From NCBI RefSeq assembly GCF_009914755.1, contig NC_060931.1: a stretch of 64,000 nt of DNA; one strand, given 5' to 3'. Positions 16,216 to 34,367 of the stretch are shown here, piece by piece. Under the pieces are notes generated by a model, which made no database searches, was not told the origin of the DNA, and was given only the letters and a program-made list of their open reading frames with translations. The stretch is from the human T2T-CHM13v2.0 reference genome, Homo sapiens. The translations under genes were made by a program, and so were the position numbers. Numbering within the stretch: the first letter of the stretch is position 1; each line of letters opens with the position of its first letter.

Positions 16216-17224
16216 ATTTGTTATTTTGTCCATAGGGCTTCTAGGGATTTTCCTCTCCTATGGGGTACAGGTATTTATTTATAGGAGGTGTCTGAGAAGG
16301 TGGCATATAATAAGTAGATCTATTCCAACAACCCATCGTCCTGAGTAATGTTTTCCAGGGAAATGCTGGCATTTCAAACTCATTGGTATAGGCCACTTTT
16401 GAGTCCAGGCATCAGTTAACACATCTAGCAATTCTCAGCACTTTAAGGCAACACATTAAATCCTGAATTCTAGGCAGAAACACAAATTTGGGTTGACATA
16501 ATCTTTATCCTTTCAAAATCACCTAATACCCTTAGACTATGCTCTTACACATGCTCCCCTGGCTCTTTATAAAATAGTGCAAGATCCTGCAGGTCTTCCA
16601 GTGTTCAAGCTAACTCATACCAGAACACACCTTTTTCTTCCTCACTAGTATTCTTACCTTAGCAAAAGATCTAATAAGAGTTGACATTTAATTGACAATA
16701 CAGCTCTGCAAAGTTTAATTAGGCTCCAGACTTAATCCTCACTCACATGTGCCCTTTAAACATATTTTTAAGTGTAAAATACAGCATTGTTAACTATAGG
16801 CACAATATTGTATAGCATAAGACAGGAGATATGGAATTTTGTCATAAAGACTTTCTGAATATCTATCTGGGCCTTGAGTTGGACATTTGAGACTTTCAAT
16901 TTATCCCTTTCTCTATGGACCCTCTCTAGTGTAAAATACACCCATCCTATCCCACAATTTTTGTCATCAAAGGGACAAATTGCCTCAGCCGTTGGATCTC
17001 CATATGCTTTCCCCCTCAATCTGCACCCCATTCTATGCCACCATTGGTGATAATGTGAGTAATCATGATGCTACCACTTGCTGCAGATTATTCCATTATC
17101 TGGAATAATGATTCCATTCACCTGGTAAGGAGGTTATCCATATGCTGTTCAAATGTAGGAGTAACCCAACCCTAGGATTCCATTTTAAGCTCAGTTTCCT
17201 GAGATCATTCCTGGTACCAATTAC

Positions 17225-17580
17225 TGCTTGGGTCAGGGTCCAGCAGAAATCTGTTGGCACACTCAAACTGTTTAATTTAAGAAGTATTTAATAAAATAAT
17301 TCTTTACAATGGAGAGGACCCTGACAAAATCAATAAGAAAAATAAAGCATCTTAACCTAGCTACACAAAAGGAAGCCATTTTCATGTGTAAGCCGAAAGA
17401 GGAAAAGGAAAGAATGACTCTCAAAATTCAGAGACAGTCATGGTGCAAGAGGGATTACCACTCAACCAGAGCCGTGGTTTTATGTAGAGAATTGCAGCCA
17501 CTGACAACAGACCAAAAAGCAGATAGGAGAAACCAAGGGAATACATACCCTCATCTCTTTCTTTCAGACTTCAAATTTCC
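17225..17580 (-). mobile_element. LTR33-like LTR fragment, probable 5' LTR of the ERVL provirus
   Basis: gggtcagggtccagcagaaa...tggcacactcaaa directly adjoins the PBS-like motif. Confidence 0.55.
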
Positions 17581-17946
17581 TGTCCTCCCCTCTCCATTTT
17601 ACTCCATAAGTCTTCCATTCCAGTTGTTTCACCCCTAGGTCAACTGGGGAATTCTAAAGTCCTTTATTCCCCCCTCTCTGGCTATTTTCTTCTCACTGCC
17701 TCCCTCCCCAACCCTTTCTTCTCTGAGCTATGGGATTCTCCTAAAGTGTCTTACAAAAAATCTAGCCATTTACATTCCAGTGTAAACATTCATTTGTCTG
17801 TGTTAAATTGCTGCCAGTTTATCAGTAATCAGAATGGTCCCCAATCTAGTCCCATCTGTAATTTATTGTTTAGAGAGTTCCCAGAATTGTCTATGAGACC
17901 TTGAAAATGACTACATTATGGCAATTTCCTCCTTGATGTTTACTTT

Positions 17947-23975
<6,029 letters not shown>

Positions 23976-24284
23976 GCCCTGATGTTTACTTTCTTAAAAA
24001 CTGCCATGTGCTGTGCTCTGGCTAAGTAAAGAAAAATTTTAGATATCCTACAAAATGTGTGGCTGAAATGTTGTCAAATATTTATATAGAACAAATATTT
24101 AAAAGTTCTTGATAACTAAACTTGATAACTGGATAACTAAACTTGAGAGAAGAGCCTCATTAATTGCTGATTGGAATTAGGAGAAAAATCATATGTTTTA
24201 TGTATATATAACTATGTTGTGTGTGATAGTGAGTAAAATATTGCTATTTGATTATAGATGTTCACTTTTAATTCTTTCTCCATT

Positions 24285-24750
24285 TGGATACTTTCTATTT
24301 AGCCCTCCAGATCTACTCTTCCCCTTACATACTCTGCTCTTTGCCTTGAAGCCCTAAAAATTATGTCAACTGACTCCTACCCCTTCTGCTTTCCTTTTGG
24401 GTTTGGCCAGCGGGAAACCCAAGCAGGACATTGGAGAAAGGAAGAAGTATGAAATTGTATATTTCTCTAGTTCATGAGATTCCCCTATGCCTGGCCGTTC
24501 CCTTTACAGCTGGTCATTGATCCTTTCAGTTATCTTCTTTACACTCTTCCTGGGTTCTCAGACTTTCTCCCCAAGTTCATTTGAGACTAAAGGGAGAGAT
24601 AGCCTGTCTGATACTAGCCCTGGGTTCCTGCACTATTCTTTTAGTTTCCCTACACACTACCCACACCTTATAATAAGGCCCTTTGTAAATAAACTCTCCT
24701 TGGCTTAAGCTATTTCGAGTGTGCCATCCATTTCCTGTTAAGACTGACTG
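24285..24750 (+). mobile_element. LTR33-like ERVL solo LTR
   Basis: gccctccagatctactct...gggtttggccagcggg...aataaactctcc...gagtgtgccatccatttcctg. Confidence 0.7.
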
Positions 24751-24942
24751 GCAAACCATTGTTCATCACTGTAGGTCCCTAACTTATATGTGGTCAAGGT
24801 CACTCCTTTGGTTTATTGGAGAAGGGCGTTGTTATGGTTTATTTAACCAGTTTATTCTTCTTATAGTTTCACCATTGCCCACAGGGAGTTTTTCTTGCAT
24901 ATGCTAATAGCTCCATTGTTTACCCAGAATGAAGGTTTTTTG

Positions 24943-25504
24943 TTTATTTATAAATAGTTTCAAGTGTTGTTTTATTGGGATTATGAGAAGGATGGAAGGT
25001 GAAAGCAGACGATAAACTGCAAAGATTCAAATGCCTATACTAAAATATAAATTTTTTTATCCTACTTAAAGAAGTTTTCAAGAAAGAGCACTTTATAATG
25101 TTTCCTCCCCTCCACATACTGATTAGCTTCCTATAACTACATTCTATCTAAAATAAATAACTTGAAAGTTGTCTAGTTTTTATTTGGCTGTTTGTTAGAT
25201 TTTAACTCTAATATACTTGAAAAAATTTAAAAAATTTAATGTGAAAACACATTTTAAAATGTTTTCTTTACCCCAAAATATTAATTTCAGTAACAAAATT
25301 GCATTTCAATTTAGCACCAACTTCCTAACAAAGAATACTTACTTATATAGAAATGTTTTCTCTTTATATAACTCAAAATACTATGAAAAACAAAAAACAA
25401 AATCAATAAACAGATTAAATTCCATTTCCATACTCTGTGACCTCTGTATTACCCTATTAGCAGTGAACAAAATGCCGATCATCAAACAAATACTCCTGGA
25501 TCAC
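24943..25504 (-). terminator. IQUB: IQUB 3' UTR with candidate poly(A) signals
   Basis: Minus-strand AATAAA at 25179-25184, 24971-24976 and 24943-24948, downstream of the stop. Which is used cannot be read from sequence. Confidence 0.6.
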
Positions 25505-25687
25505 CTAATGAGGAGGCCTCTGGGATTCTATAATCTTAGGTGTTGTGTCTGAGTGATACTTCCATCTGATCTCATCAATTTCACCATCATCAAGTATAAA
25601 TGAAGCCAGCACTGGAACCTGAGAAAAATAGTTCTTAGCCAGGATATGTTTGTGTTTGATCTTGTGAATAAATGAGCGTTCATATCC
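25505..25687 (-). CDS. IQUB: IQUB last coding exon (GYERSFIHK...IIESQRPPH*)
   Basis: Acceptor ttttctttgcag|GGA; 183 nt including TAG; in frame with the previous exon; C-terminus recognised as IQUB. Confidence 0.95.
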   Translation of the reverse strand, partial: GYERSFIHKIKHKHILAKNYFSQVPVLASFILDDGEIDEIRWKYHSDTTPKIIESQRPPH

Positions 25688-25889
25688 CTGCAAAGAAAAA
25701 AATCAAATTCTAGTAAATATCACAGATATATTTTGCCAGGTAAAAATACTGTCATGCCTCGGTGCCTTTGCTTGTCAATTCTTTCATCCCAGACTACCTT
25801 TATTTTTCTCACGTTGTCTATCATCATTCACGACTCAGCTCCTATGATACTTTAACCTGGAAGTTTTCCCCAACTCTCCCTCTGACTTC

Positions 25890-26560
25890 TCTAAGTTTAA
25901 ACCACTGCTAGTTATCAACTCAATATTCATTCTTTCTCCCATTTGAGCCAGAGGCCTGATTTTGTATAGGGTGTGATGTGTCTAGCTTTCTTAGCCCTTA
26001 TTCTAACTGGGGGTATCTAGTTAGAATATATATATATATATATATATTATTAATGTTATAGATATTGAGGTGAGAAAAAACAAAAATAAAAACAAAACAA
26101 AACAAGGGAAGTCTGAGAAACTGTCACCACCAAGAAGAATCTAAGGAGATAACTAAATATCTTCCAAGATTATTTAATTATACACAATATATATAACCTT
26201 ATATAATTATATATATATAATTGAATAAAGCCTTTGAAAGGGACTTTTGAGAGTGGGAAGACTCACCTATCAAGCACCTCTAGCCTTTTGCCATTACTGA
26301 GAGGTACATGTAATGAAGAAGATGAACTAGCTATCCTATCACTAAGAGCCCACCAAGCATGAGAGAGAAAGCTGAAGATTAAATATGGCTGAGGAAAAAG
26401 TGAGATGGCCTGAATTTCTGAGAACAAGGTGGAGCCACCATACTAGCCCCAAACTGCCAACCTTTGAACTTTCTTGTTACATAAGAAAACTAAACCCACA
26501 TTTGATTAAATCATTATAAATTGCTTTTTCTGTTCTTGTAGCTGAACCTAAATGCAACTG
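25890..26560 (+). mobile_element. Old MLT1 (J/K-like) LTR with (TA)n and an L1MC fragment inside
   Basis: 3' end ggagccaccatactagcccc...cttgttacataagaaaactaaaccc...gctgaacctaaatgcaactgagaca. Boundaries approximate. Confidence 0.45.
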
Positions 26561-27429
26561 AGACAACAAAAAGTTATATTCATTAAATTTTCTTGTTTCT
26601 CTGTAATTACTTAGTACAGTATTTGGCACATTCAAAAGTAAATTCTGGTTAAATTAATAAATATAATCTATTACCTATTAATCTTAATTGGCCCTCTTTT
26701 CAATCAAATCACAAATACTACCTATACTTCTTCCTAAAATTTATTTTCTGAGAATAAGACATTCCCTCAATAAAGGTCTCTTCAGAGGGTCAAATCAAAG
26801 ATAAAAGAAAGTCCTGGGTGAAAGGACCAAAAGAGCAGAAAACATTATATAGGAGTATCCTGGGCTTATTAAAATTTCCTCTTAACAGAAAAATTTACTA
26901 GGTTAAAATATTCATCTTTTGAGCTAATCTAACTTTGTTTCTACCACTTCTTAGCCCATATTTCATTCAAGAAAAACTAACACACTTTATTATGCTATAT
27001 TAACTTACACATGTACAGAACTTTATAGGTTTTCAAGGTGCCTTTACAGTACTATAAATTATTAAAGATGAGATAAATTATGATATATGTGTTCAAGGCA
27101 CTAATAAGTAACTCTTAAATAACTGAATATATTTCCATATTATATTATTTATATTGTTAAGTAAAGCAAAGAAACTAAGTCTCAGAGTCATTTAATATGA
27201 AATTCCTGCTACAGTAAAAGTATATATACTTACATACACATAGAAAACTTCCAGAAGGATTTCAATAGATTATTATATACCTAAGAAATAGTAGTTATCA
27301 TTGCAACATGGAGATAGGGATGGGTGGACATCAAGAGACCTTTTTTCCCATTGAAATAAGGTCCATTCTCTTGAAATAGCCATGTGATGGTTTTAAACTA
27401 TGTTCACAAATTCTTTGGGTGTACAAATA

Positions 27430-28175
27430 GTTCTAAGAATATTACAGAAAGGTCCCATATACCCCACACCCACATTTTCCTGAATGTGTCTCAATCTGGG
27501 TTTGTCCTGTGTTTTCTTCATTATTATTAGACTGAAGGGATGGGTTTTGGGGAGGAAGACCACAGGGGTGAAGTGCCCTTCTCCTCACATCATATCAAGG
27601 GTACACACCATCAGCATGACAGCACTGCTGCTGTTAATCTTGATTACCTGGCTGAGGTAGTGTTTGTCAAGTTTCTCTACTGTAAAGGTCCTCCCCTTCC
27701 ATCCATAATATAGTCTTTGGAAAGGAGTTATTATGTACAGCCCACATTTAAAGGGTAGAGAGTTATTCTCCATCTCCTTAAGAGTGGAGAGTATCTACAT
27801 AAATTATTTGGAATTCTACATGGGAGATTTGTCTATTTGCCTCCCTTTATTTATTCATTCAGTCGTTTTTTAAATTTTTTAAATTGATAATAATTGTACA
27901 TATTTACGGGGTACATAGTGATGGGATGATACATATATCATGATCAGAGTAATTAGCATATTCATCTCAAACATTTATCATTTCTTTGTGCTGGGAACAT
28001 TCGATATGCTGCGTCTAGCTATTTGAAACCATATATTGTAATTAACTATAGACAACCTACAGTGCCACAGAACAGTACTAGAACTCACTCCTCCCATCTA
28101 GCTATAATTTTTGTATCCTTAACAAATCTCTCCCTGTTCCCTCAACCTCTGAGACCTTTACTTTCTACATTACAT
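27430..28175 (-). mobile_element. Old L1MC/L1MD and L1MA 3' UTR fragments
   Basis: gggaggaagaccacag...catatcaagggtaca, followed by aattgataataattgtacatatttacggggtaca. Confidence 0.7.
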
Positions 28176-30142
28176 TTTTTATTCTGTTCAGATTCTAAGC
28201 CAATAATATATTGCTTTAAAATTAAAAATAAAATGCATCAAAAATTTTTAAAGTGCTTTCATAGTTACTACCTAAGTTTATTCATGCCAAAAAAAACTAT
28301 GCAGAAAGCTTTAAATAATGGCCTACTCAAAGCTTCCCTATGATGAGATACCATTATCTCTTTTTTATAGACGAGAAAGCTGGGTCATTGAGACATTCAC
28401 AAATTTGTCCAATTTCTCCCAGCTCATGAATGGTAAAGCTAGAATTCAGAGCCAGAGCTGCTTTTATCCTCTTTACTGATTCCACTTATTTAGCTAATCT
28501 TTCTAAAAATTTATGAAGCAAAGAGGGAAGGTTTTAATGTAAAGTTGTCAGTGACAGAGATTTGAGTTAACTGGGTCAGGATTACTGATTTTAAGTCCAT
28601 GATTGTTCCTACTTTGGCCAGTGTGCACACAAGGAGAGATCAATCTGCTCCACTTAAAGTTCACATTAACGAAAGTGTTTTTCCACGTTTCCTATACCTG
28701 TTTCATATTAACTTGCAAGTATTTTTTTAACTTCTTAAGAAAGCAAATATCTCTGAACATTAAGAAAATTCTGAAAATGCTCCATCTTTCTGCAAGATAT
28801 AAACTACTCTTTAACTGGGCTGAAAGTTAATAGTTAAAAGATTGTATCAGCCCAAAACCATAAAAAAGGCAAATGTTTTTCCAGTTTGTCTGCTTGCAAA
28901 TCTTGGTGCCCTTTACAGAAATTCGATAAGACTGGCATTCTAAATTAGAAATGCATGTGAATAGAACATTTAATTTGATACTGCAGTAATTTGATTAAAT
29001 GCACAAAGGGAGTTGTGTGGATTAATTGAAGAAGCACTGGAATATCAGCTTTGGGAATGAACTTCAATCTCATCATGGGTCCTAGATGAAATGATATTGC
29101 TAGTATTGACTATGCTTCCTGTGATTAAATATTTATGAGGCAGCTTAGTTTACTAAATATAACATTTAATACAGCTTCAACTTATTGCTACCTTTTCTTT
29201 CAATCCCTAGAGTGAAATTTTTCTTAGCCTGGCTTCTTAAAACTAAAAAAATATTTAAAAACTAAAACTTTAGCTAGTTTCTTATCTTTATATTCATCAC
29301 CCCTTGTTCCACTGAAAAAAAACAAACAGGGAATCACACTATTTTAAACGACTACTGCATTTTGTCATTTCTTTACTTTCCTTTAGCTGACACCTTGTGT
29401 GGAATTAAAGAATGCAGAGAATCAGTATTAACTCTCGGGATCCTGGACCTAGTGTAAATGGAGCTCTCTACGAACTCTTCAGGAGTCCCTCAACTTACCC
29501 ATCAAAATGTTTTACAGATTGCATCATGTAAGTTACTAAAATTACAGTAAATGGCATTTAATGTTTACAGTGCTTGCTCCACTCCCAGCAAGTTGGAAGC
29601 AAATGAAAAATGGAGCATCAGAACTACACCCCATCAGTATGATTGCTATTTAGAGCACAAAATTATGAACAAAATTTGAGAGTTGGGTGTTTTTAAGCAG
29701 ACTCATGATAATTAATCAAAGAAGGACAGATTCTGGGTTCCATAATACCTATCTGGTGGTAATGCACATTTATTCATTCAACAAATACTTATAAACTCCA
29801 TTCTGTGACAGGCAGTATTGTAGGTATTAGAGAAATAGATGTAAATAAGCCAAACAAAATCACTGCCTTCATGGAATTTACCGTGGAATGTGCTTAAACT
29901 TACTATTAGGAGAGACTGGTATGATGTTTAGGACTTGTAATATGTTCAAATCTCTTATATATACCTTTTATTTAATCTGTGCCATATATGCCATCCATAA
30001 ATTTTTTTGTTGTTAATCCATAAGTTCTGTTTCTTAATCTGATGGAAGTATTTAAGCATGGAATATATTAGAAGGCAGTCCAGTTATCGCTAATAATTCC
30101 AATGATTAAATTAACTTCCCAAATAAAATTCAACTTTCTTAC

Positions 30143-30328
30143 CTCTTCAATACTTGTTAGCTTGAGATGAGCAGCTGCTTCATCTTTGGTAAGAAGAATG
30201 CAGTTCCAGGGGGACCACTCCAGGGATTTATTCCATCTGACCATGACCAGATCACTGAGATTGTCGCAAGCACTGAGGACTGACTGGGACGCCCAGATGT
30301 TCTCTGTCAGGTACTGAATGTCTTGTAG
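30143..30328 (-). CDS. IQUB: IQUB coding exon ([10 protein letters not shown]...HLKLTSIEE)
   Basis: Acceptor tttgacatgcag|CTA, donor GAG|gtaaga; 186 nt = 62 codons, phase 0/0. Confidence 0.96.
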
Positions 30329-30740
30329 CTGCATGTCAAAGCAAGTTTTAAAAACAATGTAGTTTAAATTTGTTTAAGATTATTATATTACTTGAGCAAA
30401 TAATTAAATTATAGAGTATTTTTAAGTGAATTATTATTCACTAGGTTTCAATGACACATAGCCCCTTATTTTTCACTAAACTTCTGTTCATTTTGCCTAA
30501 ACTACATTATCAGTCTCACAGTTGCGTCCCCATCTCTAAACCAGAGTAAGCAGTATAAATTCATTTCAGTATGCTAATTTTACCTGAATATAATCTTAAT
30601 AATACTATAATGTTACCATAATAAACATATGGTATTGAATGATCTTTAAAATTCATTAGTAAGTACCATCTTAATTTCAGGGCCATTGTAGGGACCTTTT
30701 AAAACCTTTTACTGCCATTTTACAAATGAGGAAGCTGAGA

Positions 30741-30856
30741 TTTTTTTTTTTTAATATGGAACACTTCACAAGTTTGCATGTCATCCTTGTCCAAGGGCCA
30801 TGCTAATCTTCTCTATATGGTTCCAATTTCAGTATATGGGCTGCTGAAGCAAACAC
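30741..30856 (-). pseudogene. Processed U6 snRNA pseudogene
   Basis: Minus strand gtgtttgcttcagcagcccatatactgaaattggaaccatatagagaagattagcatggccc...gttccatatt is full-length diverged U6, plus an A12 tail; TSD aggaagctgagattt (30729-30743) / aggaagttgagattt (30857-30871). Confidence 0.96.
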
Positions 30857-32010
30857 AGGAAGTTGAGATTTAATAAAGATAAGTAATTCACTTAGTGTTA
30901 ATTAAAAGACTTGGTTGTTTTAATCAAAAAGAGGGGTAATGAAATAGCTGTTTAAAACTTTTTAAAAAACGTAAATCTTATCAGCTAAAACTCTTGGAAT
31001 GACTTTTTATCATGGGGTCTGCATTATAAATTTAGAATTGCCAGAGACGGACAAACTCAACAAAGTATAAGCATGTAAAAAGAATATTTTTTAAAAAAGC
31101 TTCTGTGAAAAAGTGTGAGAGCAGAAATATTTTCTGTAAAATGAGTACACAAAACCTAAACAATCTGCCAAAGTAAAAAACAAAAAGAACCTGTCATCAT
31201 CAGCTACAACAGTATTTCATAAATTGGTAATTCAATATATTAAGCTCAACTAATGCATTCTAGCTTTTACTTAATGCTAAAAAAGACAATACTCTGTACA
31301 CAGCTGCTATGAAAAATAAATTTATAGACCTTTAAAATTCAATGTTTTATGTATTTTACTTACATTCAAAATGCATCTTGTTTACATTTTTGTTTTTAAT
31401 TTAGTTGCTCAACTGTACTAATAATTTTGAAATTGTATCATACAGAATAACGTGTTTATTTGCATGTAAATGTCAAATGTGCACATAAGTGTGGTTGACA
31501 GTCTCTAAGAGCTTTCTACCTTTCAAGTAGTCATTGTACTTGAAATTTTTGCAGTAACAGAGCAATACTATTGCCTATTATATTAGGCAGTATTTGTATG
31601 CATTACAGATAAACGAGGTGACTAGTACAACACTCAAATCTCTTGTCTAAGCAGAATGTTTACTTTTTATATATATTAACTTTCACCTTTTCATTTTACA
31701 TGGCATCATGTTCACATTTAACATATGCTAATCTTTGCTGTTGTCCACAAGATTTACTATTTATGAGAATGTTCAAACATTCAAATTATGCCTCAAATAC
31801 TATTACTGAAATAAATATTAATCAAAACTACACCAATTACAAGGGGGGGGAAGCTACTGGACACTCATATTTGTCTGCTAATCCTAGACATTGGAAAAGT
31901 AATAGACCAAAACCCTACATAGATACGGTACTGAAATTAAATCACATCTAATGGAGATTATCCTTATCTGAAAGGTTACAATGCTCCCCTAGAATTTTTT
32001 CATTCAATAT

Positions 32011-32472
32011 GTGTAATGGTTGATTTTACATCAACTTGATGATGCCACCGGATACCCAGATATTTGGTCAAACGGTATTCTGGTGTTTATGTGAGGGTAG
32101 TTTTGGATGAGATTAACATTTAAGTAAGTCAGTAGACTGAGTAAAGCAGAGTGTCTTCCATAATGTGAGTGGGCTTTATCCAATCAGTTGAAGGCCTGAA
32201 TAGAACAAAAAGTTCACCCTGTCCCCAAGTAAGGAAGACTGTTTCTGCCTAATGGCCATTGAATTGAGACACTGGCTCCTCCTGGCTCTATAGCAGCCTG
32301 CTGGTCATCAGACTTGAACTGGGCCATCAGCTGTTTAGGTTTTAGACTTACCAGCCTCCACAATTATGTGAGCAAATTCCTTGTAACAAATCTCCTTATA
32401 TGTATATATATATAACATATATGTATAACATTTTCTATTGGTTCTGTTTCTCAGGAGAAATCTGACTAATAC
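32011..32472 (+). mobile_element. MLT2 (ERVL) solo LTR
   Basis: tcaacttga...cccagatatttggtcaaac...atccaatcagttgaaggcctgaatagaacaaaaag...ctattggttctgtttctc...tgactaataca. Confidence 0.85.
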
Positions 32473-34118
32473 AACATGGAATATTGAGCCAGCACTTCTT
32501 GGTGACTTACATTAAAGCCCTAGTACATCTAAGATTCTCTACAAGGAAATATACATCTGTCATGTCAATAATTCCTGAATAAAAGTAGCAAATAAGAATT
32601 TAAGCTGAAATAAACATCAAATTTATTAACAAAATATTCATTCTATTGGACAAAATATGTAATCATTTTAATTTGTGCTTTTCAAACTGTGGGTTGCTAC
32701 CTCTTGGGTGATACCAAAGTTTTCCAAATGGAAATCAGAATAAGTAGACTGAGATTGAATAGAAAATATCAGAGTACATCCATAGGGGTAAAGATAAACA
32801 CTATTTTGGAAACTTTTATTTCTGAGGCAGAACAGCATGTGTTTACATGTACGGATGCTGGGAATCAGACTGCCTAGTTTTCAATCCTGGTGCTGGTACT
32901 TAGTAGCGTAAACTTGGACAAGTTAGTTAACCACTCAGTGCTTCCCTTTCCTCACCTGCAGAATGGAAATAATGCCTATTTTGATAGGATTTTTGTGCTG
33001 ATTAACTCAATAAAGTGTGTAAAGCCATATAGGTACTGAGTATTGAGAATTATCATGCATGCCTATATCAGGTTGTCATAAAAATACATTTTTACTATAG
33101 ATTGAGATTTAAAAGTTTGAAAGCTATGGATTTAGAAGAATTTTTTAACAAAGCACATCACATTTGGTATCTTTTTTTTAATCTCTATAAAGTTTTCTAT
33201 TCATAGTAGTGCCTACTTTCCTATTTGGTATTAAATACAATTTAGTTCATTTTAATTAGTAACTAATTTACAGAAAATTTGCCCTTATTTGACAGTCTGT
33301 GAACACAAATATCATTAATGAGGTCAATTGTGCTCTATAATATACTTTTATTAATAAGTGGCTAATGTTGGGTAGCCATATCAACAACAAGTAAGTCCTT
33401 CTGTTTTCTCACTTGCTTACCTAAGTCCAAACAGTGTCAGGAATTTGTTTTTATTTTGTAGAGACACAGACTATCCTCTGGCCTAAACCCAATAGAAGAC
33501 ATGGAATAACCAAAGAGACCGAAGTAGTGGTTAAGTTAGGAATTCAGGTCAGAATTCCTGATCTCACAGGCTCCACCCTCTCACAGAGCTAGAAGTTCTT
33601 ACGAGAAGCAGATTACGTAGGGTCAATGATCCAATGCAATGATTCATCCAAAAGAACTCTGGCCAGAAACTTTCCAGTTGTGTGGTATCATATCAACACT
33701 TTACATAGACAAGTATCAAAGCCTTTCCCTAAGGTTTTTTTTTTTTTTTACTTTCTATAAGCCTTAGCTTTCACTTTTGGTGTTATTTACCATTATGGTC
33801 ACATTTGGTTTACACTAATTATTACTGTTATTCGTAAACACTAGTATGTGTATATGTAACATCAGTTTCTGTAAAAGTCATTCATTCATTCAACAAATAT
33901 TGAGGGCCTTAAATAAAAACTTGGTACTGTATTAGGTTATAGAGGTATAATGGTGAGCAGGAGGGAAAAAAAGCATACTCCTGCCCTCACAGAGCTTACA
34001 GTCTAGTGGAATAGAGAGTCATTAAACAATCACACACACACACACAAACATACATAAGATTGCAAGATAGCCTCCTTGACAAGCTTCAGCTATAATTGGC
34101 ACCCCTTATTGACCATAC

Positions 34119-34367
34119 CTGCATCAAGAAAGCAATTTTAGAATCATCTTCATAATCAGCTTCTGTATAGTAGAGCTGTTGAAGTAAACATTTGTACTTC
34201 AAAAATGATTCTCGTTTTTGAGCCTCATTCTGAAGGTTAATGCAGTTACGACACCGGTATATGCGGCGTGAGGTGGATGATACAGAAAATTCTGTAGAAG
34301 GCAAATAAAGCTGGCAACTGTGGCAAAAGTAAATCTTCTTATAAAATTTCAATGGGTCTTGAGGGAC
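34119..34367 (-). CDS. IQUB: IQUB coding exon ([10 protein letters not shown]...SKIAFLMQ) with CxxC...CxxC
   Basis: Acceptor ttatttag|GTC, donor CAG|gtatgg; 249 nt = 83 codons, phase 0/0. Confidence 0.96.

Noticed and set aside
24107-24146. Short repeats (cttgataactaaa units) and other micro-duplications (15551-15578, ~63748-63771) as an array or CRISPR-like structure
   Set aside because: Two or three slippage copies with no spacers, in a eukaryotic context.
26025-26047. (TA)n microsatellite, and (CA)n at ~34032-34046
   Set aside because: Ordinary short tandem repeats.
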